Shown here in pieces: positions 7,421 to 17,480 of a DNA stretch of 64,000 nucleotides. Location of the stretch: assembly GCA_963728205.1 (NCBI GenBank), contig CAVSIV010000006.1, forward strand, positions 1,664,001 through 1,728,000, read 5' to 3'. The stretch's first letter is position 1; every line of letters starts with the position of its first letter. A program made the translations under genes and the position numbers. The notes beneath the pieces were generated by a model, which saw only the letters and a list, made by a program, of their open reading frames with translations, made no database searches and had not been told where the DNA came from. This stretch comes from an uncultured Chloroflexia bacterium. GTDB lineage: Bacteria > Chloroflexota > Dehalococcoidia > UBA2979.

Positions 7421-10400
7421 GTGCCGCTGATGCGCCGCGAGCCCTGGCGCGCCGCGCTCATCGCGGTGGCCGTCTTCGCCGTCGTCCTCGTGCTGACCGC
7501 GCCCGTGCGCGTCGCTGCGGACGACGCCGGCGCGGGCGCGCCGCCGTCCGCGGCGGAAGCGCCGACGGCGACGCCGGTCGCGACGGCGACCGCAGCCCCG
7601 ACCGCACCCGCCGAGATGGCGGGCACCCCGACGCCGACGCCCACGCCCTCGACCACGCCGACGCCGGCAGCGACGCCCACGTCGACGCCGTCAGCGACGC
7701 CCGCGTCGACGCCGTTGCCGCAGCCCGCAGCGACGTCGACGCCGTCAGCGACGCCCGCGTCGACGCCGTTGCCGGAGCCCGCTGCGACGTCGTCGCCGTC
7801 CCCGGTACCGACCGCGACGCCTTCCCCGGCGCCCGTCGTCGGCCCGCCGCTCGACGGCGCCGTCTACAACGGCGACTTCGAAGGAGCGCCGGGCCTCGAC
7901 GGCTGGACGCACCACGGCGGGACGCTGGAACTCCGCGACGCAGGCGGCGGCCACGCGGCTGCGCTGTCGTCGGACACGACCTCGACCAAGTGGCTCGAGC
8001 AGCCCGCAGGGGTTGCGCCCGGCGGGGCCTATGCGCTGAGTGCAGACGTCGCGGCCGATGCCGGCGTCGACGCGGTGTGGCTGCGCATCGCCTGGTATGC
8101 GAGCGCCGACGGCAGCGGGTCGCAGCTCAGCACGTCGGACTCGGCGGCGGTGGGCGCCGCCGAGTCGGCGCATCTCGACACCGGCTCGCAGCAGGCGCCG
8201 CCCGGCGCGCACAGCGCGCGCGTGCGGGTCGTACTGCGCCCGGCAAGCGGCGCGCCCGCCGAGGTGCTGGTCGACCACGTCGCGCTCGGCGCGGCGATCG
8301 TCCCCACGCCCACCCCGACGCCGACGGCCGCCCCGACCGCGACACCGACGGCTGCTCCGACCGGGACGCCGACGGCCGCCCCGACCGCGACGCCGACGGT
8401 CGCCCCGACCGGGACGCCGACGGCCGCCCCGACCGCGACGCCGACGGCTGCCCCGACCGCGACGCCGACGGCCGCCCCGACCGCGACGCCGACGGCTGCC
8501 CCGACCGCGACGCCGACGGTCGCCCCGACCGCGACGCCGACGGCTGCCCCGACCGCGACGCCGACGGCCGCCCCGACCGCCACCGCGACGTCCGAGCCGT
8601 CGGTCACGCCCACTCCGAGTCCGACTTCCACGCCCACGCCAACCGCGACGCCCACGCCAACCGCGACGGCGACGCCCGGCCCGACCGCATCGCCCGAGCC
8701 GACGTCTCCGCCGGGGCCACCACTGCTCGAGGCCGTCTACAACGGCGACTTCTCGCTCGATCCGGACCTCGACGGCTGGGTTGCCCACGGCGCGGAGGGC
8801 ACGGTCGCGGAGGACGCGGCAGGCAACCGCAGCGCGCTCCTCACGTCGCACTCGTCGTCGACGACGTGGCTGGAGCAGCTCATCCGGGTGACGCCCGGAC
8901 ACTGGTACGCGGCGAGCGCGGTGCTTGCCCCCGGAGACGGCGCCGACTCCGCGTGGGTGCGCCTGGCCTGGTACCCGAGCGATGACGGCAGCGGAAGCCA
9001 GATCTCGACGGACGACAGCGACTCGGTCGTGAGCGGCGGCTCCGCGACGGCGGTCCTCGATGCCGTCCAGGCGCCCGCAGGCGCGGGGAGCGTGCGCATC
9101 CGCCTGATGCTGAGGCCGGCCGGCGACGGCCCCGCGACGCTCACGGTCGACGACGCGGCGATCGAGGCGGTCGACGCGCCGGCCGCGGCGTCGGCGGGTG
9201 CGCACGCGCCGGTTCTCCTCGCGGCCGTGTTCAACGGCGGCTTCGAGGATCCGGCCGGTCCGCTCTTCGGCTGGACGCCCCACGCCGCCGACGCGTCGAC
9301 GGTGGATCACGCCGGCGGGCACGCGGCGGTGCTGACGTCGGACGGCGGGACGTCGACGAAGTGGCTCGAGCAGCTGGTGCAGGTGGAGCCCGGGCACTGG
9401 TACGCGGCTGCGGCGTCGCTGACCGCGGGCGCGTCGGCGCAGGCGGGATGGGTGCGCATCGCCTGGTATGGCACGCCCGACGGCAGCGGCGGCCAGCTCT
9501 CGACGGACGACTCGCCCGAGGTGCCCGGCGGGATGGAGTCGCTGGTCTCGACGGGGGCGGTGCAGGCGCCCGCCTCCGCCCTGACGGCGCGCGTTCGGCT
9601 GATGCTGCGGCCGGCATCGGATGCGGTGGCGTCGCTGGTCGCCGACGACGTCTTCCTGATCGAGACGGCCGCGCCGCCGCCGAAACCCCCGAAGGCGAAG
9701 AAGCCCACGAAGAAGAAGAAGAAGGCGGACCCCGGAGACGTGCCGATCCTCGACGGCGCGCTCTTCAACACGGACTTCAGCGCGGACGTCGGGCTGGACG
9801 GATGGGCCACGCACGGTGGGGACCTCACGCTGGCGCCCCTGCCCGGTGGTGACGGCCAGGAGGGCGTGTTCACGTCGACGACCGCCTCGACGAAGTGGAT
9901 CGATCAGAAGGTCGGCGTGCAGCCGGGCGACTGGTACGAGGCCGGGGCTCGACTCGCCGCCGACGGCGGGGTCGCGTCCACGTGGGTGCGCGTGGCCTGG
10001 TACCGGACGGACGACGCCAGCGGCTCGCAGATCTCGAAGGACGACTCGCCGCCACTCGAAGACGCGTCGGCCGGAGCGTCGAGCTCCGACGCCGTCGCGC
10101 GGGCGCTGACGCTCGCCGACGGCGCGCCGACCGAGCTCTCGACAGGGCCCGTCCAGGCGCCCGACGGTGCGCATAGCGCCCGGTTCCGCCTGATGATGCG
10201 GCCGCGCGGCGCGTCGCCGGCATCGCTTCGCATCGCGTCGGTCTCGTTCGCTCGCACGTCCGCGCCCGCACCGACCGCGACGCCGTCCGCCACGCCGGCG
10301 CCCGCCGCGAACTCGACGGCGAGCAGCCTCTCATTCGAACGGCTGACCGACGGCGACTTCGAGAGCGCGCCGCCGCTGCAGGCCTGGACCGCGCACGGCG

Positions 10401-11662
10401 GCACCGCCGCGGTCATCCCCGATGGTCCCGGCAGCGGTCACGTGGCGACACTGACATCGGCGAGTGCGTCCACGAAGTGGCTGGAGCAATCGGCGCTCGT
10501 GACCCCCGGGGCCCACTACCGGCTGACCGCGGACCTGGCGCCCGACGCCGGGGTGGACGCCGCGTGGGTGCGGGTCGCCTGGTACGCGACGATGGATGCC
10601 AGCGGTTCGCAGCTGGGGATCGAGGACTCCGCGCAGATCGCCGGCGACGCGCCCGGGACGGCCGTCGCGGTGGACCTGGCGGCTCCGCTCCACGCGCGGA
10701 GCGCGCGCGTGCGGATCATGCTGCGGCCGGCCGGGGTGGCGGCGGCGACGCTGGCAATCGACGACGTGCATCTCGCGCGCGCGCCGGGGGCGCCGGCCGA
10801 CGCGCCTCCTGCGTCCCCGTCGCGCGAACGCGAGGCGGCGGCAGGCCGTGCGTCGGGGACCGGCGCCGCCGTTGCTCCGCTGCTTCGCCTGCCGCGCGCC
10901 GAGCTCGCCGCCGCCCAGGGGCTCCTGCGGATCACCGAGCTGCTGCCGGACCCCGTGGAGCCGGGCTCGGACGCGGATTACGAGTGGATCGAGCTCACCA
11001 ACGTCGGCGTGGCGCCCGCTCCGCTCGCCGGCATGACGATGTCCGACAACCGCGGCTCGATCACCTTCCCGGACGTCGCCCTTGCGCCCGGCGCGTCGCT
11101 GGTCGTCGCCGGGGCGCACGCGAGCGTCGCCGCTGCGGTCACGTACTACCCGCCCGGCGGCTTTGCGAACGGGCTCGGCAACAGCGGTGACCACGTGGAG
11201 CTGACTGCGGCCGACGGCCGGCGCATCGATGCGCTCGACTACGGCTCCGACCGCACGTTCGCATCGTCGCCGGGGGCCCTCCACACCGGCGCGCCGGCGA
11301 CCGCGAAGGCGATCGAGCGACATTTCGACGACGCCGGCACGCTGCTCGAGGCCACGGTGTCGGACGCGGTCACGCCCGGGCGCGCGACGGTCGCCCATCG
11401 CGCGCGCGGCGACGCGCTCGCCGCCGAGCGGACGGCCACCGCTGCGGCCGACGACGCACCGTCCGTAGCGCGCAGGCCGACCCCGCCGGGCGCCCCGGTG
11501 CTCCCGCCGTCCGCGCTGGCGCCGCCGCCGCAGGCCGTCGGCGCCGGTGCGGGACAGGAGCGCACCGCGTGGCTCGTGATCGCCGCGGCGATCGCGCTCG
11601 CCGGCGCGATCCTGGGCGTGCGGAGGTGGCGCGGCCGGCTGGCCGGCGGTCGGGCGGAGTGA
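7421..11662 (+). CDS. large surface protein: signal peptide, Pro/Thr linkers, five carbohydrate-binding-like domains, lamin-tail domain, C-terminal TM anchor
   Basis: Repeats start near 7862, 8735, 9227, 9761, 10343 (NGDFE..W..KWLEQ..WxRx[11 protein letters not shown]); [23 protein letters not shown] near 10925; hydrophobic tail plus basic residues. Confidence 0.85.
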   Translation: MPLMRREPWRAALIAVAVFAVVLVLTAPVRVAADDAGAGAPPSAAEAPTATPVATATAAPTAPAEMAGTPTPTPTPSTTPTPAATPTSTPSATPASTPLPQPAATSTPSATPASTPLPEPAATSSPSPVPTATPSPAPVVGPPLDGAVYNGDFEGAPGLDGWTHHGGTLELRDAGGGHAAALSSDTTSTKWLEQPAGVAPGGAYALSADVAADAGVDAVWLRIAWYASADGSGSQLSTSDSAAVGAAESAHLDTGSQQAPPGAHSARVRVVLRPASGAPAEVLVDHVALGAAIVPTPTPTPTAAPTATPTAAPTGTPTAAPTATPTVAPTGTPTAAPTATPTAAPTATPTAAPTATPTAAPTATPTVAPTATPTAAPTATPTAAPTATATSEPSVTPTPSPTSTPTPTATPTPTATATPGPTASPEPTSPPGPPLLEAVYNGDFSLDPDLDGWVAHGAEGTVAEDAAGNRSALLTSHSSSTTWLEQLIRVTPGHWYAASAVLAPGDGADSAWVRLAWYPSDDGSGSQISTDDSDSVVSGGSATAVLDAVQAPAGAGSVRIRLMLRPAGDGPATLTVDDAAIEAVDAPAAASAGAHAPVLLAAVFNGGFEDPAGPLFGWTPHAADASTVDHAGGHAAVLTSDGGTSTKWLEQLVQVEPGHWYAAAASLTAGASAQAGWVRIAWYGTPDGSGGQLSTDDSPEVPGGMESLVSTGAVQAPASALTARVRLMLRPASDAVASLVADDVFLIETAAPPPKPPKAKKPTKKKKKADPGDVPILDGALFNTDFSADVGLDGWATHGGDLTLAPLPGGDGQEGVFTSTTASTKWIDQKVGVQPGDWYEAGARLAADGGVASTWVRVAWYRTDDASGSQISKDDSPPLEDASAGASSSDAVARALTLADGAPTELSTGPVQAPDGAHSARFRLMMRPRGASPASLRIASVSFARTSAPAPTATPSATPAPAANSTASSLSFERLTDGDFESAPPLQAWTAHGGTAAVIPDGPGSGHVATLTSASASTKWLEQSALVTPGAHYRLTADLAPDAGVDAAWVRVAWYATMDASGSQLGIEDSAQIAGDAPGTAVAVDLAAPLHARSARVRIMLRPAGVAAATLAIDDVHLARAPGAPADAPPASPSREREAAAGRASGTGAAVAPLLRLPRAELAAAQGLLRITELLPDPVEPGSDADYEWIELTNVGVAPAPLAGMTMSDNRGSITFPDVALAPGASLVVAGAHASVAAAVTYYPPGGFANGLGNSGDHVELTAADGRRIDALDYGSDRTFASSPGALHTGAPATAKAIERHFDDAGTLLEATVSDAVTPGRATVAHRARGDALAAERTATAAADDAPSVARRPTPPGAPVLPPSALAPPPQAVGAGAGQERTAWLVIAAAIALAGAILGVRRWRGRLAGGRAE
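8320..8590 (+). repeat. 24-nt coding tandem repeat (PTAAPTAT linker)
   Basis: About 11 copies of GCCGACGGCYGCCCCGACCGCGAC. Confidence 0.85.
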
Positions 11663-11663
11663 C

Positions 11664-12626
11664 CTACGGCACGAGGACGACGCGGCCGACGGCCTGCCGG
11701 CTCTCGATGAACGCGTGCGCGCCGGCCGCGTCCGCCAGCGGGAACGTGCGGTCGATGACGACCGCGAGCTCGCCCTTCGCGACGTCATCGAGGTGCCGCT
11801 GGATCATGTTGTAGGCCCGGTCGCCCGTGATCTCCGCGCCGAGGTAGACGCCGGTGAGCGACCGGTTGCCCTGGCCGAGCCCGCTGACGTCGAGCAGCCG
11901 GCCGCCGCGGCTCGCGTTGCCGACCGTGATCGCGCGACCGCGGTACGCCAGGGATGCGAGGCTCTGCTGGAGCACGTCGCCGCCGACCGGGTCGACCACG
12001 AGGTCGCAGCCGCGGCCCTCGGTCAGTCGCATCACCTCGCGCACCAGGTCCTGCGTGCGGTAGTTGATGCCCTCGTCCATGCCGAGCGGCCGCAGCCGCT
12101 CGAGCCGGTCATCGGCGGATGCCGTCGCGAGCACGCGGGCGCCGGCGCGCTTCGCCAGCTGGATCGCCGCCGTGCCGACCCCGCCCGCGCCGCCCTGGAC
12201 GAGCACGGTCTCGCCCGCCTGCAGGTGCCCGAACTCGAAGAGGCAGTCGTCGGCGGTGCCGAACGGGATCGGCACGCAGGCCGCCTGCTGGATGTCGAGC
12301 CCGTCGGGGACCACCCACGTCGACCGCACCGGGACCGCGCGCAGCGCGGCGTGTGACCCGAACGGGCTCACCGTGACGACGCGCTGGCCGACGTGCCGGT
12401 CGGTGACCTGCGCGCCGACTTCGCGGATCACACCGGCGTTCTGGTAGCCGACGATGTGCGGCGTCCCGGCCATCTCGCCGCCGGCGCGGCTGAGGACGTC
12501 GCCGCCCTCGATGCTGATCGCCTGCACCTCGACCAGCAGGCCCTTCGGGTGGCACCGCGGGTCCGGCACGTCCTCGTAGCGGAAGACGTCGGGTGAGCCG
12601 GTGCTGTAGTAGACGGCGGCCTTCAT
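11664..12626 (-). CDS. NADPH:quinone oxidoreductase (MDR family)
   Basis: GETVLVQGGAGGVGTAAIQLAK; GRVVLVP end; no Zn-binding Cys cluster. Confidence 0.9.
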   Translation of the reverse strand: MKAAVYYSTGSPDVFRYEDVPDPRCHPKGLLVEVQAISIEGGDVLSRAGGEMAGTPHIVGYQNAGVIREVGAQVTDRHVGQRVVTVSPFGSHAALRAVPVRSTWVVPDGLDIQQAACVPIPFGTADDCLFEFGHLQAGETVLVQGGAGGVGTAAIQLAKRAGARVLATASADDRLERLRPLGMDEGINYRTQDLVREVMRLTEGRGCDLVVDPVGGDVLQQSLASLAYRGRAITVGNASRGGRLLDVSGLGQGNRSLTGVYLGAEITGDRAYNMIQRHLDDVAKGELAVVIDRTFPLADAAGAHAFIESRQAVGRVVLVP

Positions 12627-12706
12627 GCGCGCTCCTCTCGAACCGTTCGCGCAGCGTACGCTCGCGATCGGCCGCGTCGTACTATGCCGGGCGCAGGAGG
12701 TGGGCG

Positions 12707-13876
12707 ATGGAGTTCGGCTGGAACGACGAGCAGTCCGGGTTCCGCGACCAGGTCGGGTCGTTCATCGACGAGCACTGGACGCGCGGCGCACGGCGGCGCG
12801 ACGACCTCGAGCCCTGGGAGCGCGTCCGCGAGTACCAGAAGCGGCTCGCCGAGAGCGGCTGGCTCACGATGTCGTGGCCGAAGGAGTACGGCGGCGGCGG
12901 CGCCTCGTACTTCGAGCAGCTGATCTTCGCGGAGGAGTCCACCTACGCGAGCGCGCCCACCGGCGGCCAGGGCGCCGACCGCGTCGGCCCCACGCTGATC
13001 ATCCACGGCACCGAGGAGCAGCGCCGCGAGCACCTGCCGCGCATCGCCGGCGCGGAGGTCGAATGGTGCCAGGGCTACTCCGAGCCGGGCTCCGGCTCCG
13101 ACCTCGCCTCGCTGCAGACGCGCGCCGTGCGCGACGGCGACGACTTCGTGATCAACGGACAGAAGATCTGGACGTCGGGCGCGCAGCACGCCGACTGGAT
13201 CCACGTCCTCACGCGCACCGATCCCGATGCGCCGAAGCACCGCGGCATCTCGTACTTCATGCTGCGCATGGACACGCCCGGGATCTCGCTGCGCCCCATC
13301 GTCCAGCTTCACGACGCCGCGGGCTTCAACGAGACGTTCTTCGAGGACGTGCGGGTCCCCGCGAAGAACATGATCGGCGAGGAGAACCGCGGCTGGTACG
13401 TGTCGACCACCACGCTCGACTTCGAGCGCTCGGGCATTCACCGCATCGCTGCCGCGATCCCGCCGTTCCGCCGGCTGCTCGCGCACGCCGGCGAGGCGGA
13501 CAGCGCCGGCCCCGGACGGCGCATCGTCGACGACCCCATCGCGCGCCTGGCGCTCGCCGACACCGCCACGGAGATCGAGGTGGGGCGGCTGCTCGGCTAC
13601 CGGGTGACGTGGATGCAGGCGCAGCACCTGGTGCCAAACATGGAGTCGTCGATGTCGAAGATGTTCGGGTCGGAGACGCAGCAGCGGCTCGCGCGGCGCG
13701 GCATCAACATGCTCGGCCTCGCCGGCGCGCTGCGACCCGGTTCGCGCGGCGCTGCGATGGGCGGCGAGTTCTGCGTCTACTACATGTCGAGCGTGTCGCT
13801 GACGATCGCGGCCGGCACCAGCGAGATCCAGCGCAACATCATCGCCACGCGTGGGCTTGGACTGCCGCGCGGCTAA
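12707..13876 (+). CDS. acyl-CoA dehydrogenase family protein
   Basis: WCQGYSEPGSGSDLASL, INGQKIWTS, TIAAGTSEIQRNIIA; AGGAGG RBS. Confidence 0.93.
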   Translation: MEFGWNDEQSGFRDQVGSFIDEHWTRGARRRDDLEPWERVREYQKRLAESGWLTMSWPKEYGGGGASYFEQLIFAEESTYASAPTGGQGADRVGPTLIIHGTEEQRREHLPRIAGAEVEWCQGYSEPGSGSDLASLQTRAVRDGDDFVINGQKIWTSGAQHADWIHVLTRTDPDAPKHRGISYFMLRMDTPGISLRPIVQLHDAAGFNETFFEDVRVPAKNMIGEENRGWYVSTTTLDFERSGIHRIAAAIPPFRRLLAHAGEADSAGPGRRIVDDPIARLALADTATEIEVGRLLGYRVTWMQAQHLVPNMESSMSKMFGSETQQRLARRGINMLGLAGALRPGSRGAAMGGEFCVYYMSSVSLTIAAGTSEIQRNIIATRGLGLPRG

Positions 13877-13926
13877 CCGACGGAGGCACGGGCCCCGCGG
13901 TCGCGGGGTAGGACGGTGGGCGGGCC

Positions 13927-14499
13927 GTGGCGGCGGCGGAGCGTCGGATTACGATCGACGGACGGCTGGCGCTCCGCGCCTGGCGGGCCGAGGACGTGCC
14001 CGCGCTGTACGCCGTCATCGACGCGAACCGCGACTATCTCGCGCACTGGCTGCCGTGGGCCGCCGAGTGGGACGCGGCCGAGCGGCCGCGCGCGTTCGTC
14101 GAGCGCGCGCAGGCGGGATACGAACGGGGCACCGGGCTCGACCTCGCGCTCGAGCGCGACGGCGATATCGCCGGCGCGATCGGCCTTTCGCCGATCGACC
14201 CGCGTGCCGCGATGGGCGAGATCGGGTACTGGGTGGCCGAGCCACACCAGGGCCGCGGCTTCGTGACGCGCGGGTGCCGCGCGCTGATCGCACATGCCCG
14301 TGACGCGCTGGGCCTGCGTCATTTCGTGATCCGCGTCGCCACCGAGAACACCCGCAGCCGCGCCGTCGCGGAGCGCCTCGGGTTCTCGCTCGTCGCGATT
14401 CGCGCGGAGGTCGACCCGCCCAGGCACGGCCGCTCCGGTGATGAGGCCGTCTACGTGTTCGACGTCCCACCCCCGGGGCGACCGGCATCGCGGTCCTGA
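13927..14499 (+). CDS. GNAT N-acetyltransferase (RimL/YdaF-like)
   Basis: NRDYLAHWLPWA, GEIGYWV..HQGRG, NTRSRAVAERLGF. Confidence 0.88.
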   Translation: MAAAERRITIDGRLALRAWRAEDVPALYAVIDANRDYLAHWLPWAAEWDAAERPRAFVERAQAGYERGTGLDLALERDGDIAGAIGLSPIDPRAAMGEIGYWVAEPHQGRGFVTRGCRALIAHARDALGLRHFVIRVATENTRSRAVAERLGFSLVAIRAEVDPPRHGRSGDEAVYVFDVPPPGRPASRS

Positions 14500-14506
14500 C
14501 ACGCCA

Positions 14507-14532
14507 GCAGGCCCCCGTCGTCGGGGGCCTGC
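14507..14532. terminator. hairpin downstream of the GNAT gene, possibly bidirectional
   Basis: GCAGGCCCCCG-TCGT-CGGGGGCCTGC. Confidence 0.7.
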
Positions 14533-14725
14533 GCTTCGGAGCCGTCGTCGTTCGCTTCGGCGAGTGCGCCGATCAGGGTGACGGTCGCGGTGAGGTTCCG
14601 GGTCACCCTTGTCCTGGTGAGGAGCAACGCGGGCTCGCGGGCTGGACATCGCTGTGCAACGGACCGGCACCCCCTTTCGTCGAGTGGTCGGGTACTCGTT
14701 CCCGCCGTTGCGAGGATGATCGTGA
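14507..14725 (-). ncRNA. candidate structured small RNA or small-peptide mRNA
   Basis: In a 400-nt gap: SD-like GAAAGGGGGTG (14678-14668), 18-aa ORF 14659-14603, AGGGTGAC/GTCACCCT stem, terminal hairpin. Confidence 0.4.
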
Positions 14726-14744
14726 TCCGCTCCGCCGATCCGAA

Positions 14745-14758
14745 GGGACCAAGGTCCC
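14745..14758. promoter_or_regulatory. palindromic operator GGGAC-N4-GTCCC (DosR/DevR-box-like)
   Basis: GGGACCAAGGTCCC. Confidence 0.5.
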
Positions 14759-14903
14759 GCAACATTTCGGGGGCCACCCCGACAGATTGCGGGGCGCGGT
14801 CCACGCATGCTTGACGGCGCGGGCCGCCCGGCCCGAGAGTACCGCGGGCTAGCGCGCGCACCGATGTCCCGGGCGTGCGTGACGCGGTCGATCGGACGGC
14901 GCG

Positions 14904-16199
14904 GTGACCCTTCATCCCTCCGATCGCGATACGTTGCTCCCGGGCCGTCCCATTCCACCACGCACGCTCTTCCTCGCGCAGGCCGCGCTGCGCGGTTTCG
15001 CGATCTCAGTCGCCCTCACCGTCTACGGGCTGTACGTCGTGCGCGACGTCGGCATGACGCCGCTGCAGCTGGTCCTCGCCGGCACCGGTCTCGAGGCCGC
15101 GACGTTCCTCGGCGAGATCCCAACCGGCATCGTCGCCGACGCCTACAGCCGGCGGCTCTCCGTGATCGTGGCGTTCGCGGTGACGGCCGTCGGGTGGGGA
15201 CTGATGGCCGCGGTGCCGACGTTCGCGTTCGTGCTGGTCGGTCAGATCGTGTGGGGGATCGGCGCCACGTTCGGCAGCGGTGCTCGCGAGGCGTGGCTGA
15301 GCGACGAGATCGGCGAGTCGGAGGCCGCGCCGCTCTTCCTGCGCGGCCAGCAGCTCTGGCTCGCCGGCCACCTCGGCGGCATCCCGGTGTCGGTCGCGCT
15401 CGGCCTCATCTCGCTGCGCCTCGCGATCGCCGCCGGCGCCGTCGTGCACGTCGCGTTCGTCGCGGTGCTGTTGCTCGGCATGACCGAGCGCGGCTGGCGC
15501 CCCGCCCCGCGCGGCGGCCGCGGCGTGCTCCGGCGCATGGGCGACACCTTCGGCACCGGTGCCCGAGCCGTCCGCTCCAGCCCGGTGCTCGTCGGCATCT
15601 TCGTGATCGCGCTCTTCGTCGGCGTCTCGAGCGAGGCGCTCGACCGCCTCTGGCCGCTGCACATGGTCGATCACTTCACGTTCCCGCCCATCGGCGGGCT
15701 CGGCCAGGTCGGGTGGTTCGGGGTCATCCAGGCCGGCTCCGTACTCGGCGCCATCGGCGCGACCGGCCTCGCCCGGCGCTTCACCCGGCTCGGCAGCGCG
15801 GTGTCGCTGGCGCGCACGCTGACCGCGATCACGGTCGTGCTGATCGTCGCGGTCGTCGTGTTCGCGACGTCGAACGTCTTCTGGATTGCGCTCGTCGCGT
15901 TCTGGATGACCGACTGGGTGCGTACCACCGAGGATCCGCTGCGCCTCGCGTGGATCAACCGCGGGCTCGACCCCGGCTCGCGTGCGACGGTGCTCTCGAT
16001 GTTCGGGCAGGCCGACGCGCTCGGGCAGATCGCCGGCGGACCCGCGCTCGGCGTCGTCGCCACGCTGCGCGGCGTGCGCATGGCGCTGGTCGCCGTCGGC
16101 GCGGTGCTCGTCCCGACGCTCCCGCTCTACGGCGGGCTGATCCGGCGCGAGGGCCGCATCGAGGTGGACGCCGCCGGCGGACGCGGCTCCGCCGCGTGA
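14904..16199 (+). CDS. MFS transporter (start uncertain)
   Basis: EIPTGIVADAYSRRLS motif; about 12 TM helices. Confidence 0.88.
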   Translation: MTLHPSDRDTLLPGRPIPPRTLFLAQAALRGFAISVALTVYGLYVVRDVGMTPLQLVLAGTGLEAATFLGEIPTGIVADAYSRRLSVIVAFAVTAVGWGLMAAVPTFAFVLVGQIVWGIGATFGSGAREAWLSDEIGESEAAPLFLRGQQLWLAGHLGGIPVSVALGLISLRLAIAAGAVVHVAFVAVLLLGMTERGWRPAPRGGRGVLRRMGDTFGTGARAVRSSPVLVGIFVIALFVGVSSEALDRLWPLHMVDHFTFPPIGGLGQVGWFGVIQAGSVLGAIGATGLARRFTRLGSAVSLARTLTAITVVLIVAVVVFATSNVFWIALVAFWMTDWVRTTEDPLRLAWINRGLDPGSRATVLSMFGQADALGQIAGGPALGVVATLRGVRMALVAVGAVLVPTLPLYGGLIRREGRIEVDAAGGRGSAA

Positions 16200-16221
16200 G
16201 CGGCGCGCCGGCGCGCTTCGG

Positions 16222-17403
16222 TCAGTCCGCGGGCGGGTCGTCGAGCGCGGCCGCGGCGATCGCCTCGAGCGCGCGCGCCTCGATCGGCGGGTTCACGAGG
16301 CCCGTGCGCACGTCGCGGAAGTAGCGCTCGAGCGGCTCCAATCGCTGCAGCCCCACGCCCCCCACGAGCCGCATCGCGATCTCGGCGACCTCGACCGCGG
16401 TGTTCGTCGCGAGCATCTTCGCCGCCGCGACGTGCGCGCCCAGCGCCGCCCGTCCCGCCGACGGCGACGCGTCCCAGTCCTCGGCGGTCGCGCGCAAGAG
16501 GGTGCGGGCGGCGAGCAGCGCGGCGTCCATGCGCCCCACCTGCTCGCGCACATAGGGGATCTGCGCGATCGGGTGCGGCGCCCCCGTCGGCTGCCGGGTG
16601 CGCGCGAAGTGCACCGCGTAGTCGCGCGCCGCCGTCGCCACGCCGAGGCTCGCCGCGCCGATCAGCAGCGGGAACCACGCGCCGCCCGTCGCCATGCCGG
16701 CCCCGCCCGCGCGCGGGTCGCGGCGCGACGTCACGTCGTCGTCCGTCACCGGCACGTCCGTGAAGAAGACGTCGTGCGAGCCGGTCGCGCGCATGCCGAG
16801 CGCGTCCCACGTCTCCTCGACTCGGATGCCGGGCAGGCCGCGCCGCACGGCCACGCGGCCGACGTCGCCCGAGCCGTCCTCGAACGCGGCGTAGGTGATG
16901 AAGTAGGTCAGCGCCGGCGCCATCGTCGTGAACGTCTTGTGGCCGGTAAGGCGCCACCGGCCCGGCCCGTCCGGCGCGAGCGCCGTGCGCGGCCGCCCGC
17001 CGCCCTGCGGCGAGCCGAGCTCCGGCTCCGCCGCCACGTTGTTGAGCAGCGCGCCCTCCTCGACCACCGCCCGGAACAGCCGCGTGCGCACGGGCTCCGG
17101 CCACGCGCGCGCCGCCGCCTCGGTGCCGCAGGTCATGAGGTGCATGCCGACGGCGAGCGCGGTCGAGCCGTCCCCCTGCGCCAGCGCCAGCTGCGCGAGC
17201 ACGATGTCGGCCAGCCCGTGACCGCCGCCGCCGTACTCCTGCGGCACCGACGCCGCGAGATAGCCGGCCTCGCGCATCGCGTCGAAGTGCTCGAATGGGA
17301 ACGACGCGTCGCGGTCGTGCTCCGCGGCGTGCGCGCGGAAGCGCTCGGCCAGCCGCTGCGCGACGTCGAGCAGCGCGGCCTGGCGGTCGGTGCGGGGGTT
17401 CAT
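16222..17403 (-). CDS. acyl-CoA dehydrogenase family protein (YdbM/DszC-like group)
   Basis: EHDRDASFP, LTGHKTFTT, WDALGMRATGSHDV, LERYFRDVR. Confidence 0.9.
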   Translation of the reverse strand: MNPRTDRQAALLDVAQRLAERFRAHAAEHDRDASFPFEHFDAMREAGYLAASVPQEYGGGGHGLADIVLAQLALAQGDGSTALAVGMHLMTCGTEAAARAWPEPVRTRLFRAVVEEGALLNNVAAEPELGSPQGGGRPRTALAPDGPGRWRLTGHKTFTTMAPALTYFITYAAFEDGSGDVGRVAVRRGLPGIRVEETWDALGMRATGSHDVFFTDVPVTDDDVTSRRDPRAGGAGMATGGAWFPLLIGAASLGVATAARDYAVHFARTRQPTGAPHPIAQIPYVREQVGRMDAALLAARTLLRATAEDWDASPSAGRAALGAHVAAAKMLATNTAVEVAEIAMRLVGGVGLQRLEPLERYFRDVRTGLVNPPIEARALEAIAAAALDDPPAD

Positions 17404-17410
17404 GGCAGCG

Positions 17411-17474
17411 AGCGTATCCGCTGCGCGCGCGGAGGCGCGACCGGCGGGCGGGCTCGTCGGACGCTGACTATGCT
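17411..17474. promoter_or_regulatory. back-to-back -10 elements of two probable leaderless genes
   Basis: TACGCT-N7-ATG on minus (17416-17411) and TATGCT-N6-GTG on plus (17469-17474); no SD. Confidence 0.6.
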
Positions 17475-17480
17475 CGACGC

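Noticed and set aside
13064-13185. Gene conversion between the ACAD paralogs (near-identical to about 36980-37101)
   Set aside because: Covers the most conserved protein motif and differences are at synonymous sites; strong codon bias explains the identity
14575-14609. Selenocysteine readthrough (TGA next to a hairpin)
   Set aside because: The TGA lies inside the stem, another TGA follows within about 10 codons, and there is no redox-motif context
14451-14915. 154-aa minus-strand ORF as the gene in the 14.5-kb gap
   Set aside because: Overlaps both neighbours, runs through the terminator hairpin and has no recognisable motif; a shorter part cannot be fully excluded
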